Of a stretch of DNA of 64,000 bases, positions 46,228-55,441 are shown piece after piece. Position 1 is the stretch's first letter. The number at the start of each line of letters is the position of its first letter. Under the pieces are notes generated by a model. It was not told where the DNA came from. It saw only the letters and a program-made list of their open reading frames with translations, and did not search any database. This stretch comes from a virus, in IMG/VR virus record IMGVR_UViG_3300009537_000004, positions 7,125-71,124 of that record; one strand, written 5' to 3'. Both the position numbers and the translations under genes were made by a program.

Positions 46228-48147
46228 ATGGCTGACAAGTCATTACGACAAAGATTGAAGCGGCTGTTCAGTACGAACGTAATCGTGCGAAATGTCGGAG
46301 GAACTAAACTTAAGGTTGCCGACACAAGCCGAATGCAGGCTTTCACTAATAGAAACCTGTATGACAGATATAGCAGAGTTCATCACGCTGGCTATGGGCA
46401 ATACTCGACAGTTCGTGGTCAGTATACCCTTGCGTATCAGGGTGCCCGACTCCAGCTATTCCGTGACTATGACATCATGGATAATGACGCAATCATTGCG
46501 TCAGCACTGGATATTTACGCAGACGAAACAACCGTTCAGTCCGAGGCAGGGGAATCTCTCATTATTGAGAGTTCGGATGAAAACATTCGTGAGATTTTAC
46601 ACAACCTCTTCTACGACATTTTGAACGTTGAGTTCAACCTGTGGCCGTGGATTAGAAACATGTGCAAATACGGAGACTTTTATCTGTTTTTGGAAATTAC
46701 TGATGATTATGGCATCATCAACGTGTTGCCACTTTCGGTTTATGACACCATTCGTGTCGAGGGCGAAAATCCTGAGAATCCGTATGAAGTTTATTTCCAA
46801 ACAATGGGAACACAGATGCCAAAGGATAGGTTTGAAAACTTCGAGATAGCTCACTTTCGCCTTCTTTCCGACGCAAACTGGCTTCCGTATGGTAAGGCTA
46901 TGATTGAACCTGCACGCCGAACATGGAAGCAGGTGCAACTGATGGAAGACGCGATGCTTGTGCATCGCCTTGTACGAGCACCTGATCGCCGAGTTTTTCG
47001 TGTGGACATTGGCAATCTTCCTCCACAAGAAGTTGACACTTTCATGGAGAAGTTGATTACTAAGGTGCAGAAAACGCCTCTCATTGACCCCCAAACGGGC
47101 GACTATAACCTCAAATTCAACCTCATGAACATCATTGAGGACTTCTATCTACCGGTTAGAGGTGGTGACAGCGGAGCTCAAATCGAAACTTTGAATGGAT
47201 TGAGTTTCAATGCTACCGAAGATGTGGAATATTTGCGCAACAAGATGATCGGCGCCCTCAAGATTCCGCGAGCATTCCTTGGATATGAGGAACAGCTGAG
47301 TGGAAAGGCAACTTTGGCAGCTGAAGATGTACGTTTTGCGCGCACAATTGAGAGAATTCAGAGAATTGTCATCTCAGAGCTAACAAAAATTGCTATTATT
47401 CATCTTTATTCACAGGGATACACCAACGAAGATCTTGTAAACTTCTCCCTGAACCTCACAAATCCGTCAACAATCTATGAACAAGAGAAAATTGCGCTCT
47501 GGCAGGAAAAAGTTCGTCTTGCCGGAGATATACAGCAGCTAAATCTCATTGGAAGTGACTGGATTTATGACCATGTGTTTGGAATGAGCTCTGGTGAAGT
47601 TGACGACCAGCGCATTGAAGTGGTTAAAGACAAGAAACGCTTGTTTAGGCTACAATCTATTGAGCAGGGACAAGATCCCGCAGCAGCCGGCGGCACGCAA
47701 ACGCCGGGAGCAGAGTCAATGGCGAGCGAACCAGGCTCTCCTGGAGCTCCTGGCGGCGGAAAGCCCGATTTGAGCGGATTGCCAACCGCAGAAGAGGGCG
47801 TTGACTTCTCTGACCTTCCAGAATTGGAAAACCCTGACCTAATCTCAGACGACCGCGCTGTAGGACGCCCGCCTGAGGGCAAAAAGTTGGGAACTGACCG
47901 ACACCCGTACGGCCGCGACCCATTTGGGTCTAAAGAAAACAGAAAAGCTCTTCATCCTGATCCCGAAGGGAAAGTAAAGGTGACGCGAAAGGGACTGTCA
48001 CGCGAAAGTTTGGAGTTGCGTCATTTCATGAAGCAATTGAAGGAAAGATTTCCTGTTAAAAGCAAGGATGACAGAAAAATGCTTTCTGAAGGAAACGGAC
48101 AAAGAAGTTATTTGGACGAGGAAGTTCTCATTGACGAGACTGATTAG
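46228..48147 (+). CDS. gp20: Portal protein (T4 gp20-like)
   Basis: 'LMEDAML..R..RAP.RRVF.VDIGNLP', 'EDFYLPVRGG', 'LAAEDVRFARTI.RIQ'. Confidence 0.93.
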   Translation: MADKSLRQRLKRLFSTNVIVRNVGGTKLKVADTSRMQAFTNRNLYDRYSRVHHAGYGQYSTVRGQYTLAYQGARLQLFRDYDIMDNDAIIASALDIYADETTVQSEAGESLIIESSDENIREILHNLFYDILNVEFNLWPWIRNMCKYGDFYLFLEITDDYGIINVLPLSVYDTIRVEGENPENPYEVYFQTMGTQMPKDRFENFEIAHFRLLSDANWLPYGKAMIEPARRTWKQVQLMEDAMLVHRLVRAPDRRVFRVDIGNLPPQEVDTFMEKLITKVQKTPLIDPQTGDYNLKFNLMNIIEDFYLPVRGGDSGAQIETLNGLSFNATEDVEYLRNKMIGALKIPRAFLGYEEQLSGKATLAAEDVRFARTIERIQRIVISELTKIAIIHLYSQGYTNEDLVNFSLNLTNPSTIYEQEKIALWQEKVRLAGDIQQLNLIGSDWIYDHVFGMSSGEVDDQRIEVVKDKKRLFRLQSIEQGQDPAAAGGTQTPGAESMASEPGSPGAPGGGKPDLSGLPTAEEGVDFSDLPELENPDLISDDRAVGRPPEGKKLGTDRHPYGRDPFGSKENRKALHPDPEGKVKVTRKGLSRESLELRHFMKQLKERFPVKSKDDRKMLSEGNGQRSYLDEEVLIDETD

Positions 48148-48168
48148 TGGGAATGTAAAATACAATAA

Positions 48169-48175
48169 TACTTAT
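48169..48175 (+). promoter_or_regulatory. TAYTTAT candidate late promoter
   Basis: ATACTTAT in the gap after the portal gene. Confidence 0.5.
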
Positions 48176-48237
48176 GATTAGGTGATTAATATTACGGTAA
48201 AAAGTTTTCAATTGACCGGTACATCACGGAGTCTTAT

Positions 48238-49119
48238 ATGAAAAGCCAAAGGGTGCAGCATAGCAAGTATAAAAATACAGGCATCCTGTTTGAATTGTTA
48301 GCACGACAGGTAACAGCCGATACCTTGAATGGTAGAGAGCACTCACCAGCATTGCAAATCATTAGAGAGTATCTTCGCCCAACCACAGAGTTGGGCAAAG
48401 AGCTGGTTTTGTATCGTTCTCTAATGGAGTCTTCCAATCTTTCAGAAACTAAGGCACTTAAATTCATTGACATCGTTATTGAGCAACGCAAGAAGCTGAA
48501 TACCAAGAAGCTAAATGAGCAGAAATACAATCTGATAAAGGCCATCAAAGACAAGTATCCTTTGAAGGATTTCTTGGCATCCAAGATTCCTCTATACAAA
48601 GAATATGCGTCAATCTATAAGACTTTCATGTTTGAATCTCAGCCGCAAAAATTGAATGTTACCGACGTTAATGATATAGCAACAGCTAAATTCACTATTG
48701 TTGAACATCTTACTCATAGCCTAACCAAGTCTGACAAGAAGAGTCTTCCCGAAACTATTAGGGAGCAGCAAGAAGACCTACGACTTCTTACCTATAAGAT
48801 TTTGGTTGATAAGTTTAATGCTAAGTACCAAAGCCTCAATGAGCAGCAGAAGGTTCTACTTCGTGAGTATATCAATAATATTTCTAACACTAACTCTCTG
48901 AGAGAATTCATCAACTCGGAAGTTCCAAAGGTAAAGAAGGAACTTCAAAGTAGGCTATTAAGCATTGACGATAAGGTGACTCGTATCAAAGTTGCCGAAG
49001 TCATCAATCAACTTGACAATGTTAAAAAGGGAAACACCGTACGCGACGGCCAGGTTACAGCTCTGATGATCGCCTACCAGCTGGCCAAAGAGATTAAGTC
49101 TATAGTTGGGGACAAGTAA
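48238..49119 (+). CDS. Conserved head-module protein (prohead core candidate)
   Basis: 'HSKYKNTGILFELL.RQ.TAD'; helical; lies between portal and protease. Confidence 0.7.
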   Translation: MKSQRVQHSKYKNTGILFELLARQVTADTLNGREHSPALQIIREYLRPTTELGKELVLYRSLMESSNLSETKALKFIDIVIEQRKKLNTKKLNEQKYNLIKAIKDKYPLKDFLASKIPLYKEYASIYKTFMFESQPQKLNVTDVNDIATAKFTIVEHLTHSLTKSDKKSLPETIREQQEDLRLLTYKILVDKFNAKYQSLNEQQKVLLREYINNISNTNSLREFINSEVPKVKKELQSRLLSIDDKVTRIKVAEVINQLDNVKKGNTVRDGQVTALMIAYQLAKEIKSIVGDK

Positions 49120-50561
49120 TGATCCGCATCCGTGAGTATATACGGGAGTTGATTGAGCAAGAATTAGAGGAAATGACCACGACAGGTAATGCTGCCGGCT
49201 TCTACACCCCGTTTGCATTTCAAGGCGACAAAGAAGCAAATCGCCGTAAGCGACGACAGAGCGCAGCAGTATCAGGTTATAAAGTTGTAAAGAACGACGA
49301 GCAAAAGAGTAGTTTCTCTCTCGACGAGCAGTTTGAGAGAGTGGTAGCGGGGATACGCGAAACAGACGAATACGGACTGCTCTACCGCGACATTCAGAAG
49401 GCAGCAGAGTTGTTGAAGCATCAAGGCAAAGATATTGCTGCTGGCAATGTATTGAGAGCAGCTGAAAAATTCTATCGTGCAAAAGACTTGACCATGCTCA
49501 AAAGAACAAAAGAAACAGCACAGATGATATTGGGAGAGTCTCCACATATGGAATGGGTTAATGAAGCACATGCTCCTGAGTGGAAATACACCGATAATCA
49601 GGGACGCAAGCATCTTGGACATGTTCAGCATGTTTCTGACAGAGGCGGAACTGATGTGACTTACTTTTTTATTGACAAGAACACCGGCGAGTTATCACTA
49701 TTGAATGGACCAAGAGTAAAGAAGCAAGCAACGACCACGGGAAAAGCAAGCGAACCTCATCCTAAATTTTGGAAGAATCGCAAAGAGAGCGTTAATGAAG
49801 TAAAGAAAGTTGATTTTAGAATACCAATTTCAGGAAGAGGATCCAGAACCAGCGGTGGTCAGTATGGAAAGACGCATATATACGGATTGCGTTGGGCCGG
49901 TGATGTTGTAGCAGGTACAGCAGAGACTATGGGAAATGACGACGATTTGTGGAATGATACAAGAGAAATTATTGCTCGTTATGGATGGCAAGTAGGCGAA
50001 CCAAAATTTTTGAGCGAGAATGAAGCAGGAACGGTTTCAAGTTTGCAAAAGAATATAAAGAATAGGATGAACGAAGCAAAAATTACTGGTGGTATGAAAG
50101 TGCGAGCAAAAGGAGTATTTGCGAAAGGCTTAAAGGATGGAGTTTGGTATACACTTCGCCCAGCTGGATTTGATCGTGGAGAACCCGTATTTGCATTTGT
50201 AATTGCTGGCGGCCAAACAGTCCATAGGAATACAGAAAGTACCATTATGAGATGGTTGCGCCAAGGCGAAGCAGGCGACAACAATGGTCTTGTGAGGGAG
50301 AGTGTCAGTGAAGCAGGAGACCCATACTATCCTTGGAGAAATGATGAGTCCCTAACTCCACGCCAGAAGATTGGAAGAGCGATCTCAGAGATTAATAAGC
50401 AGTTGGGGGAGATGCACAAGGTGGTCAAGAGAAGTGCACGCCTCAAGAAAGAGATGGGCATGTCAGCAAATGATTATTGGAAACGAACTAATAATGCATT
50501 CTTAAAAATGGAACAGCGGATGCATAGAATTTCACAAAAACTTCGTGAGATGAGGGTATAA
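49119..50561 (+). CDS. Multi-module head-region protein (putative protease-processed polyprotein)
   Basis: Leader 'MIRIREYIRELIEQELEE'; internal VNE/SVNE/MNE/SVSE linkers; coiled-coil C-terminus. Confidence 0.75.
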   Translation: MIRIREYIRELIEQELEEMTTTGNAAGFYTPFAFQGDKEANRRKRRQSAAVSGYKVVKNDEQKSSFSLDEQFERVVAGIRETDEYGLLYRDIQKAAELLKHQGKDIAAGNVLRAAEKFYRAKDLTMLKRTKETAQMILGESPHMEWVNEAHAPEWKYTDNQGRKHLGHVQHVSDRGGTDVTYFFIDKNTGELSLLNGPRVKKQATTTGKASEPHPKFWKNRKESVNEVKKVDFRIPISGRGSRTSGGQYGKTHIYGLRWAGDVVAGTAETMGNDDDLWNDTREIIARYGWQVGEPKFLSENEAGTVSSLQKNIKNRMNEAKITGGMKVRAKGVFAKGLKDGVWYTLRPAGFDRGEPVFAFVIAGGQTVHRNTESTIMRWLRQGEAGDNNGLVRESVSEAGDPYYPWRNDESLTPRQKIGRAISEINKQLGEMHKVVKRSARLKKEMGMSANDYWKRTNNAFLKMEQRMHRISQKLREMRV

Positions 50562-50562
50562 G

Positions 50563-50967
50563 ATGGGACTAACAGTCGGACCAATTGCAATGACCATTCC
50601 TTCTGGAAGCCAGTTGAGTAATGTGGTGTCAGCAAGTGTATTTGATAAAATAGATAGAATGACGGCATTTGCTCCTAGCGCATCTGACGGTCTTGCAACA
50701 TTTCAGATGACACCTACATTAGGTGTTGCAACAGCATCTTGGTATGGAATGCTAACTTCAGCTGGCGCAGCATTGACGCTCCCAGCAGCCACTGCTTCAT
50801 ATGATACATTACAACCAGCAGCTGGGTATCGTTTGAGCAGTTCAGTTGTAGAGTCAGGCAGCAGAGAATATTTGATCATCGGAAAACTTCCTGTTTCAGT
50901 TAAAGTATTACCGCCGCAAGAAGCGTTTCCAATAACTTTTGCTGCTCTTGGGAGTGGGAGTGTATAA
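50563..50967 (+). CDS. Small beta-rich virion protein (possible capsid decoration)
   Basis: 134 aa, Ser/Ala/Thr-rich with SGS/TAS motifs. Confidence 0.6.
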   Translation: MGLTVGPIAMTIPSGSQLSNVVSASVFDKIDRMTAFAPSASDGLATFQMTPTLGVATASWYGMLTSAGAALTLPAATASYDTLQPAAGYRLSSSVVESGSREYLIIGKLPVSVKVLPPQEAFPITFAALGSGSV

Positions 50968-51041
50968 TGGCACTATTAACTGATTATGTACAGCTGAGAT
51001 ACAAAAAGGATAAAATATGTTTGACATCAAAAAATTCTTAA
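50967..51041 (+). pseudogene. Remnant duplicate of the prohead-protease 5' end (MALLTDYVQLRY...)
   Basis: 20 of the first 21 nt are identical to 51502-51522; ATG coupled to the previous stop; 24-codon ORF. Confidence 0.7.
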
Positions 51042-51490
51042 CAGAAAACAATGTCACCACCGTAAGCAAAGTGGATAAATTTTTGTCCGAAGGCATGATG
51101 GGATGGTCACATTGGGAGGAAAGTGATAACGCTGCCGATTGGCATGATAGTCTTGAAGATATTTGGAAACGATTTGAGAAGGGGCGGGACAAAGCAAAGC
51201 TCAAGGCAGATTTTCAGAAATGGCACGAGAAAATTCTCAAAGACAAATATGGATCAAGTTGGGATCTTGACGGTCACATGGCGCTCCCGCTCATTGCCAA
51301 TGATAAGTTGTATAAGCAAGTTCATGCTACATCAGGACTGAACGTCAAGCGATATTTTAGTGAAGCTATTAAGAAAATACAATCAGATTTAAAAGCAGGT
51401 TCAGATTTAAGAGCAGGCGATGATGGCGCATCTCCTGGCTGGACTAGTGGACTAAAGAGAATGATTCAACTTGCTCAGAAATGGACATAA
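51017..51490 (+). CDS. Hypothetical protein with 'MFDIKKFLTE' leader
   Basis: AAGGA RBS; leader shared with 52086 and 52422. Confidence 0.75.
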   Translation: MFDIKKFLTENNVTTVSKVDKFLSEGMMGWSHWEESDNAADWHDSLEDIWKRFEKGRDKAKLKADFQKWHEKILKDKYGSSWDLDGHMALPLIANDKLYKQVHATSGLNVKRYFSEAIKKIQSDLKAGSDLRAGDDGASPGWTSGLKRMIQLAQKWT

Positions 51491-51501
51491 GAGGATAATT
51501 G

Positions 51502-52086
51502 ATGGCACTACTAACTGATTATACACCGCTAAAATATAGCCGGCAGATGATTACAGAGGCTCTCCATAAGGGCGGGCCGCTTGTGCTGAAAAATGTATTA
51601 CTACAGAGAGCAAACGCAAAAAACCAAAATGGAAGAGTGTATCCTCTCCCAATTCTTATGCGAGAGGGTGAGAGGTATCAGGAGTTCATTAAGGAGCGAC
51701 GAGCACTCGGCGAACTTGATCATCCCGAAAGTCCCGTCGTCAACCTTAAGAATGTCTCTCACAACGTTACCGAAATGTGGTTCAATGGTGAAGATTTGGT
51801 GGGTAACCTTGAAGTTTTATCCACTCCATCAGGCAACATTCTCAAAGAGCTGTTGAAGAATGACATTAAGCTGGGAATCTCAAGCAGAGGGCTAGGGTCA
51901 GTAAAAGAGTTGGACGAATCAACCGTTCAAGTTGAAGATGATTTTTCTCTCATTTGTTTTGACATAGTTTCAAATCCCTCCACGCAAGGTGCGTTCATTA
52001 ATGAATCAGTTATTCCTGGGTCTCAGTGTGGACCATGGTGTAGAGTTGATAATTTGATCCATGAGTTTTTGACGGAGATGCGCTAA
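51502..52086 (+). CDS. gp21: Prohead protease (T4 gp21-like)
   Basis: 'N.NGRVYP', 'ALGELDHP', 'LGISSRGLGS', 'DIVSNPS'. Confidence 0.93.
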   Translation: MALLTDYTPLKYSRQMITEALHKGGPLVLKNVLLQRANAKNQNGRVYPLPILMREGERYQEFIKERRALGELDHPESPVVNLKNVSHNVTEMWFNGEDLVGNLEVLSTPSGNILKELLKNDIKLGISSRGLGSVKELDESTVQVEDDFSLICFDIVSNPSTQGAFINESVIPGSQCGPWCRVDNLIHEFLTEMR

Positions 52087-52400
52087 TGTGGGATATTAAG
52101 AAGTTTTTAACGGAGAACAGACTAACTTTAATTGAACAAAGTCTCAACCCCTTTGAGCTTTATGACGACCACCCCAAAGCTGGTGCAGCCACAAAAAGTA
52201 TCATGGCAGTTATTAAGACAGTAGCTCCTAAAGTTAAGTCTGGAAAAATGTCAGAGGAAGCAGCAGCAAAACTTGTGGCTAAGGAAGCTAGAAAGTGGTA
52301 CTCTACAGGAGCAAATGATACTGCATCGCTAGAAGCTATTACGGATGTATTGGGGAAGGCAATTGGCAAGGGAATGGAATGGAGAGTGGACTCGTACTAA
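52086..52400 (+). CDS. Hypothetical protein with 'MWDIKKFLTE' leader
   Basis: Coupled to the protease by TAATG. Confidence 0.75.
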   Translation: MWDIKKFLTENRLTLIEQSLNPFELYDDHPKAGAATKSIMAVIKTVAPKVKSGKMSEEAAAKLVAKEARKWYSTGANDTASLEAITDVLGKAIGKGMEWRVDSY

Positions 52401-52421
52401 ACTAAATGGACTAGTACTAAA

Positions 52422-52850
52422 ATGACATTTGACTATAGAAAATTTTTGGCTGATAATAAGATCACCAACGTTTCCAGGCTTGACGAAGATATGCGTTATG
52501 GCCAATACTTTTACGATGATGTTGGGAAATTGATTAGTGGAAAAAGTATAGGAGATTGGAAAGTATCTTTCAACGGAATGTCGGGGGTATTAGAGTGGTC
52601 CAATAGAAAATATCCAAATTTATTTATTGCAGCTACTCCGTTTTGGGAAGGAAGTGAAGGAATACCAGGAGTAATATCAAACGATTTTGGGGCAGCTTAT
52701 TACAAAGAATTTAATATTCCGTGGCCAAAAGACAAGGTTACTGGTGACCCCAAGAAGGATGCTCTAATATACTTGAACTTTATGAAGAAATGGTTTTCTA
52801 GGAACGCGTTGGGGTTTAAGAAAATGAACGCCATGAGAGCTAGGAGATAA
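52422..52850 (+). CDS. Hypothetical protein with 'MTFDYRKFLAD' leader
   Basis: Leader related to those of 51017 and 52086. Confidence 0.7.
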   Translation: MTFDYRKFLADNKITNVSRLDEDMRYGQYFYDDVGKLISGKSIGDWKVSFNGMSGVLEWSNRKYPNLFIAATPFWEGSEGIPGVISNDFGAAYYKEFNIPWPKDKVTGDPKKDALIYLNFMKKWFSRNALGFKKMNAMRARR

Positions 52851-52852
52851 AT

Positions 52853-54040
52853 ATGACAGCAGTCAGCAAAGCACAACAGCAAGCGGCGGGAATCGCATTG
52901 GCAGCTAAGAGAGCTGGCAAGAGCCCGAAGGCAGGAACTCCGTCAGCACAGATGTCAAAGATGCCTGAGAAGGAGTTGAGAAAGTTTGCCAAGACTTCTA
53001 CTAAGGGACTGCCAGCAAAGAAAGAAGCTGTTGTCGCGGAAAAATCACCAAAGGGCTGGGAAAAAACGGTCAAGGGAATGAAAAAGCATAAAGACATTAC
53101 CAATCCCTGGGCGTTGGCACATTGGATGAAGAAGAAAGGATACAAGTCTCATGAACAAGTTGAGAACAAACTCCGTGAATATATTCGTGAAGTTATTCGA
53201 GAAACTTTAGAAGAAAAGTATAAGGTTCGTGGAAAGCTTGGCACCGGAACCCGATTCAAAAACTTGGTCAAGTCGCTGGCAGCTCGAGAGGGAATAGAAT
53301 TGACTGAAGATGATTATTGTGAGTTAGAAGAACAGAAGGTCCGTAATCCAGCAGCTTTGGCAGCATGGATCGGCCGTAAGAAATACGGGAAGCAAAAGTA
53401 TCAGAAGATGGCAGCTAAAGGTAAGAAAGAGAGTGTTAAGGATTACGGCGCCAGAGTTAAAGAAACGGGCACGCCAGAAGGAGCAAAAAAGGGGTGGCAA
53501 AGCAGACTTAAAAGAGTCGCTCGTAAAGCATTTGATTATGAAGGTGAAACTGGTAGTACTGGTGAATTTCTAAGAAATTATGCGCGCGCACTTGTCCGCT
53601 CACCATATGATGTTGCAAAAGGAATAGGTAGAATGAGAAAGGGCAAACAATTTATTGATCCTTATAATCCAAAGGAAGGAATTAACGAAGATGCTTTAAA
53701 AGACCTTATGTTTGGAGGAATGAAGACGTGGTGGAAATTTGATCCAGAAGACGTGATGCGTTTTATTTATTGGACAAAGCGCCAAGTCCCACCAGCAAAT
53801 GATGCAAAAAGAAAAGAAGCCTGGAAAGCACTCATTCCTCAACTGCAAAAAAAGCATCCCGCACCAGCAAACGTTTACAAAAAGTTGATGGGAGAAGTTG
53901 CAAAATTGCAAGAGAAGTGGGGCAAGGCAGAGGGGGTTGAAGAAGGTTATCCAAAAAAGCACAAGGGCCGAAGAAAGATTGGTTCAAGAAAAAGAAGGGC
54001 GATAAAAAAGCGCCGTCTTGCGCGTAAACAAGGGAGATAA
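52853..54040 (+). CDS. Basic multi-module protein: DUF3008-like N-terminus, protamine-like C-terminus
   Basis: 'SKAQQ.AAG.AL.AKR...M.EKELR.FA.T..KGLP.K' resembles DUF3008; AGGAG RBS. Confidence 0.75.
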   Translation: MTAVSKAQQQAAGIALAAKRAGKSPKAGTPSAQMSKMPEKELRKFAKTSTKGLPAKKEAVVAEKSPKGWEKTVKGMKKHKDITNPWALAHWMKKKGYKSHEQVENKLREYIREVIRETLEEKYKVRGKLGTGTRFKNLVKSLAAREGIELTEDDYCELEEQKVRNPAALAAWIGRKKYGKQKYQKMAAKGKKESVKDYGARVKETGTPEGAKKGWQSRLKRVARKAFDYEGETGSTGEFLRNYARALVRSPYDVAKGIGRMRKGKQFIDPYNPKEGINEDALKDLMFGGMKTWWKFDPEDVMRFIYWTKRQVPPANDAKRKEAWKALIPQLQKKHPAPANVYKKLMGEVAKLQEKWGKAEGVEEGYPKKHKGRRKIGSRKRRAIKKRRLARKQGR

Positions 54041-54043
54041 GAT

Positions 54044-55441
54044 ATGCCGCAGAATCCGATGATGGGAAAGGGCCCACTTCGTCACTCCAACAAGGTGAGA
54101 ACCGCACACGATTCGGTCGCATCTAACGATGTTGACGATTTTGATCGTGGAGGCTACCCTGGGAAGCGTCATATTGATGTGGAAGCAAATCCCGTCAAAG
54201 TGATTGCTGAATTTTCCAGATTAGGAGAAGCACTTCGTCGCACCGGTACATTCAGAGAAGTAGCAGAACAAATTGCACGCATCTCTGAGATGGCCGAAAA
54301 CACGGTCATGCAGGAAGCCGGCGATTGGTTTGACGCACAGACAATCAAGCGCAACATGAAAGAGCTAGGTAGCTACTCCAAGGACTTCGGCAAGCTGGCC
54401 GAAGAGATGGACGCGATGCAGCAACGCGCAACTGCTCTCTACGACGACATGGGCAACGTGCTCTCCCGCTACTTCGAGCTCGCTGGCCCAGCAGCTGAAG
54501 AAGCTGAGGAAGCGCCGTTCGGCGGCAAGAAGGCCCCGAAGTTCGACGGTCCTGGCGGCAACCCCGCTGACGACCGCGGTCGCTCAGCTTGGGACGCACG
54601 CAGCAGCATTGACGCCAACGACGCCGACTTCGGTGGCAAGCAGGCACCCGCCTTCGACGGCCCCGGTGGCAACCCAGCAGACGACGCCGGACGCAAGGCG
54701 TGGGACGTGCGCGACGGCGAAGAGGACGACAGTGACGACGAACTGGAAGAAGGTGGACCTGGTAGTGGCCGCCGAGACAACGGGTTTAAGAAACGATATG
54801 GAGTGGATAAAACTACTGTAGCTAAGAGAAAGCTTGACCCGAAAAGTAGAGGTCGCATTCCAGGAGGAATGACCAAGAGTGCTGCTAGGTCGCACTTGCG
54901 CAGAGCCGGAGAAAATGTTGGTGCCAACGAATCAGCAGTCGCGCCCAACTCCTACAACGCTCGCCGTGCATTGAGACTTCCGCGAGCACAGCAAAGAATT
55001 CAAGGCGGATTCACTCGTGACCAGGCAAAAGACATTCTTCGCAAGGAAGGAGCTAAGACCGTATCGGAGGCAAAGAAATGTCTCTACAAAGAAATTATGA
55101 GATTGGCAGAATCAAATCAACTGACGGAAGCTCAAACTAAAGTTGTCAATGTTGATACTTTTTTGAGTATACTGAAGAATAAAAAGTTCCGTATTGGATT
55201 TGGTAGTCACAGCTATTCTACAAATGATCCGCCGTCATTTACAGATGCCAAAATAACCAAAGGAAAAATCATACAACTTAAAAAAGATCCTCAAGGTTTG
55301 TATGACCACCCAAGGGGAACATGGGAATATTTAGGAAATAATAAAATCAGAATGGTCTTAGAAGGAGAAATCAATTTTCCTAAAGACGGCAGAAAGAAAA
55401 TGCTAAGAGAAGCTGACCCTTTCGTAAAGAGGCCGAGCTGA
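54044..55441 (+). CDS. Multi-module head-region protein with helical core and internal repeats
   Basis: Core 'DWFD..TIKRNMKEL...ALYDDMG.VL.RYF'; 37-aa repeat twice (period 111 nt). Confidence 0.75.
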   Translation: MPQNPMMGKGPLRHSNKVRTAHDSVASNDVDDFDRGGYPGKRHIDVEANPVKVIAEFSRLGEALRRTGTFREVAEQIARISEMAENTVMQEAGDWFDAQTIKRNMKELGSYSKDFGKLAEEMDAMQQRATALYDDMGNVLSRYFELAGPAAEEAEEAPFGGKKAPKFDGPGGNPADDRGRSAWDARSSIDANDADFGGKQAPAFDGPGGNPADDAGRKAWDVRDGEEDDSDDELEEGGPGSGRRDNGFKKRYGVDKTTVAKRKLDPKSRGRIPGGMTKSAARSHLRRAGENVGANESAVAPNSYNARRALRLPRAQQRIQGGFTRDQAKDILRKEGAKTVSEAKKCLYKEIMRLAESNQLTEAQTKVVNVDTFLSILKNKKFRIGFGSHSYSTNDPPSFTDAKITKGKIIQLKKDPQGLYDHPRGTWEYLGNNKIRMVLEGEINFPKDGRKKMLREADPFVKRPS

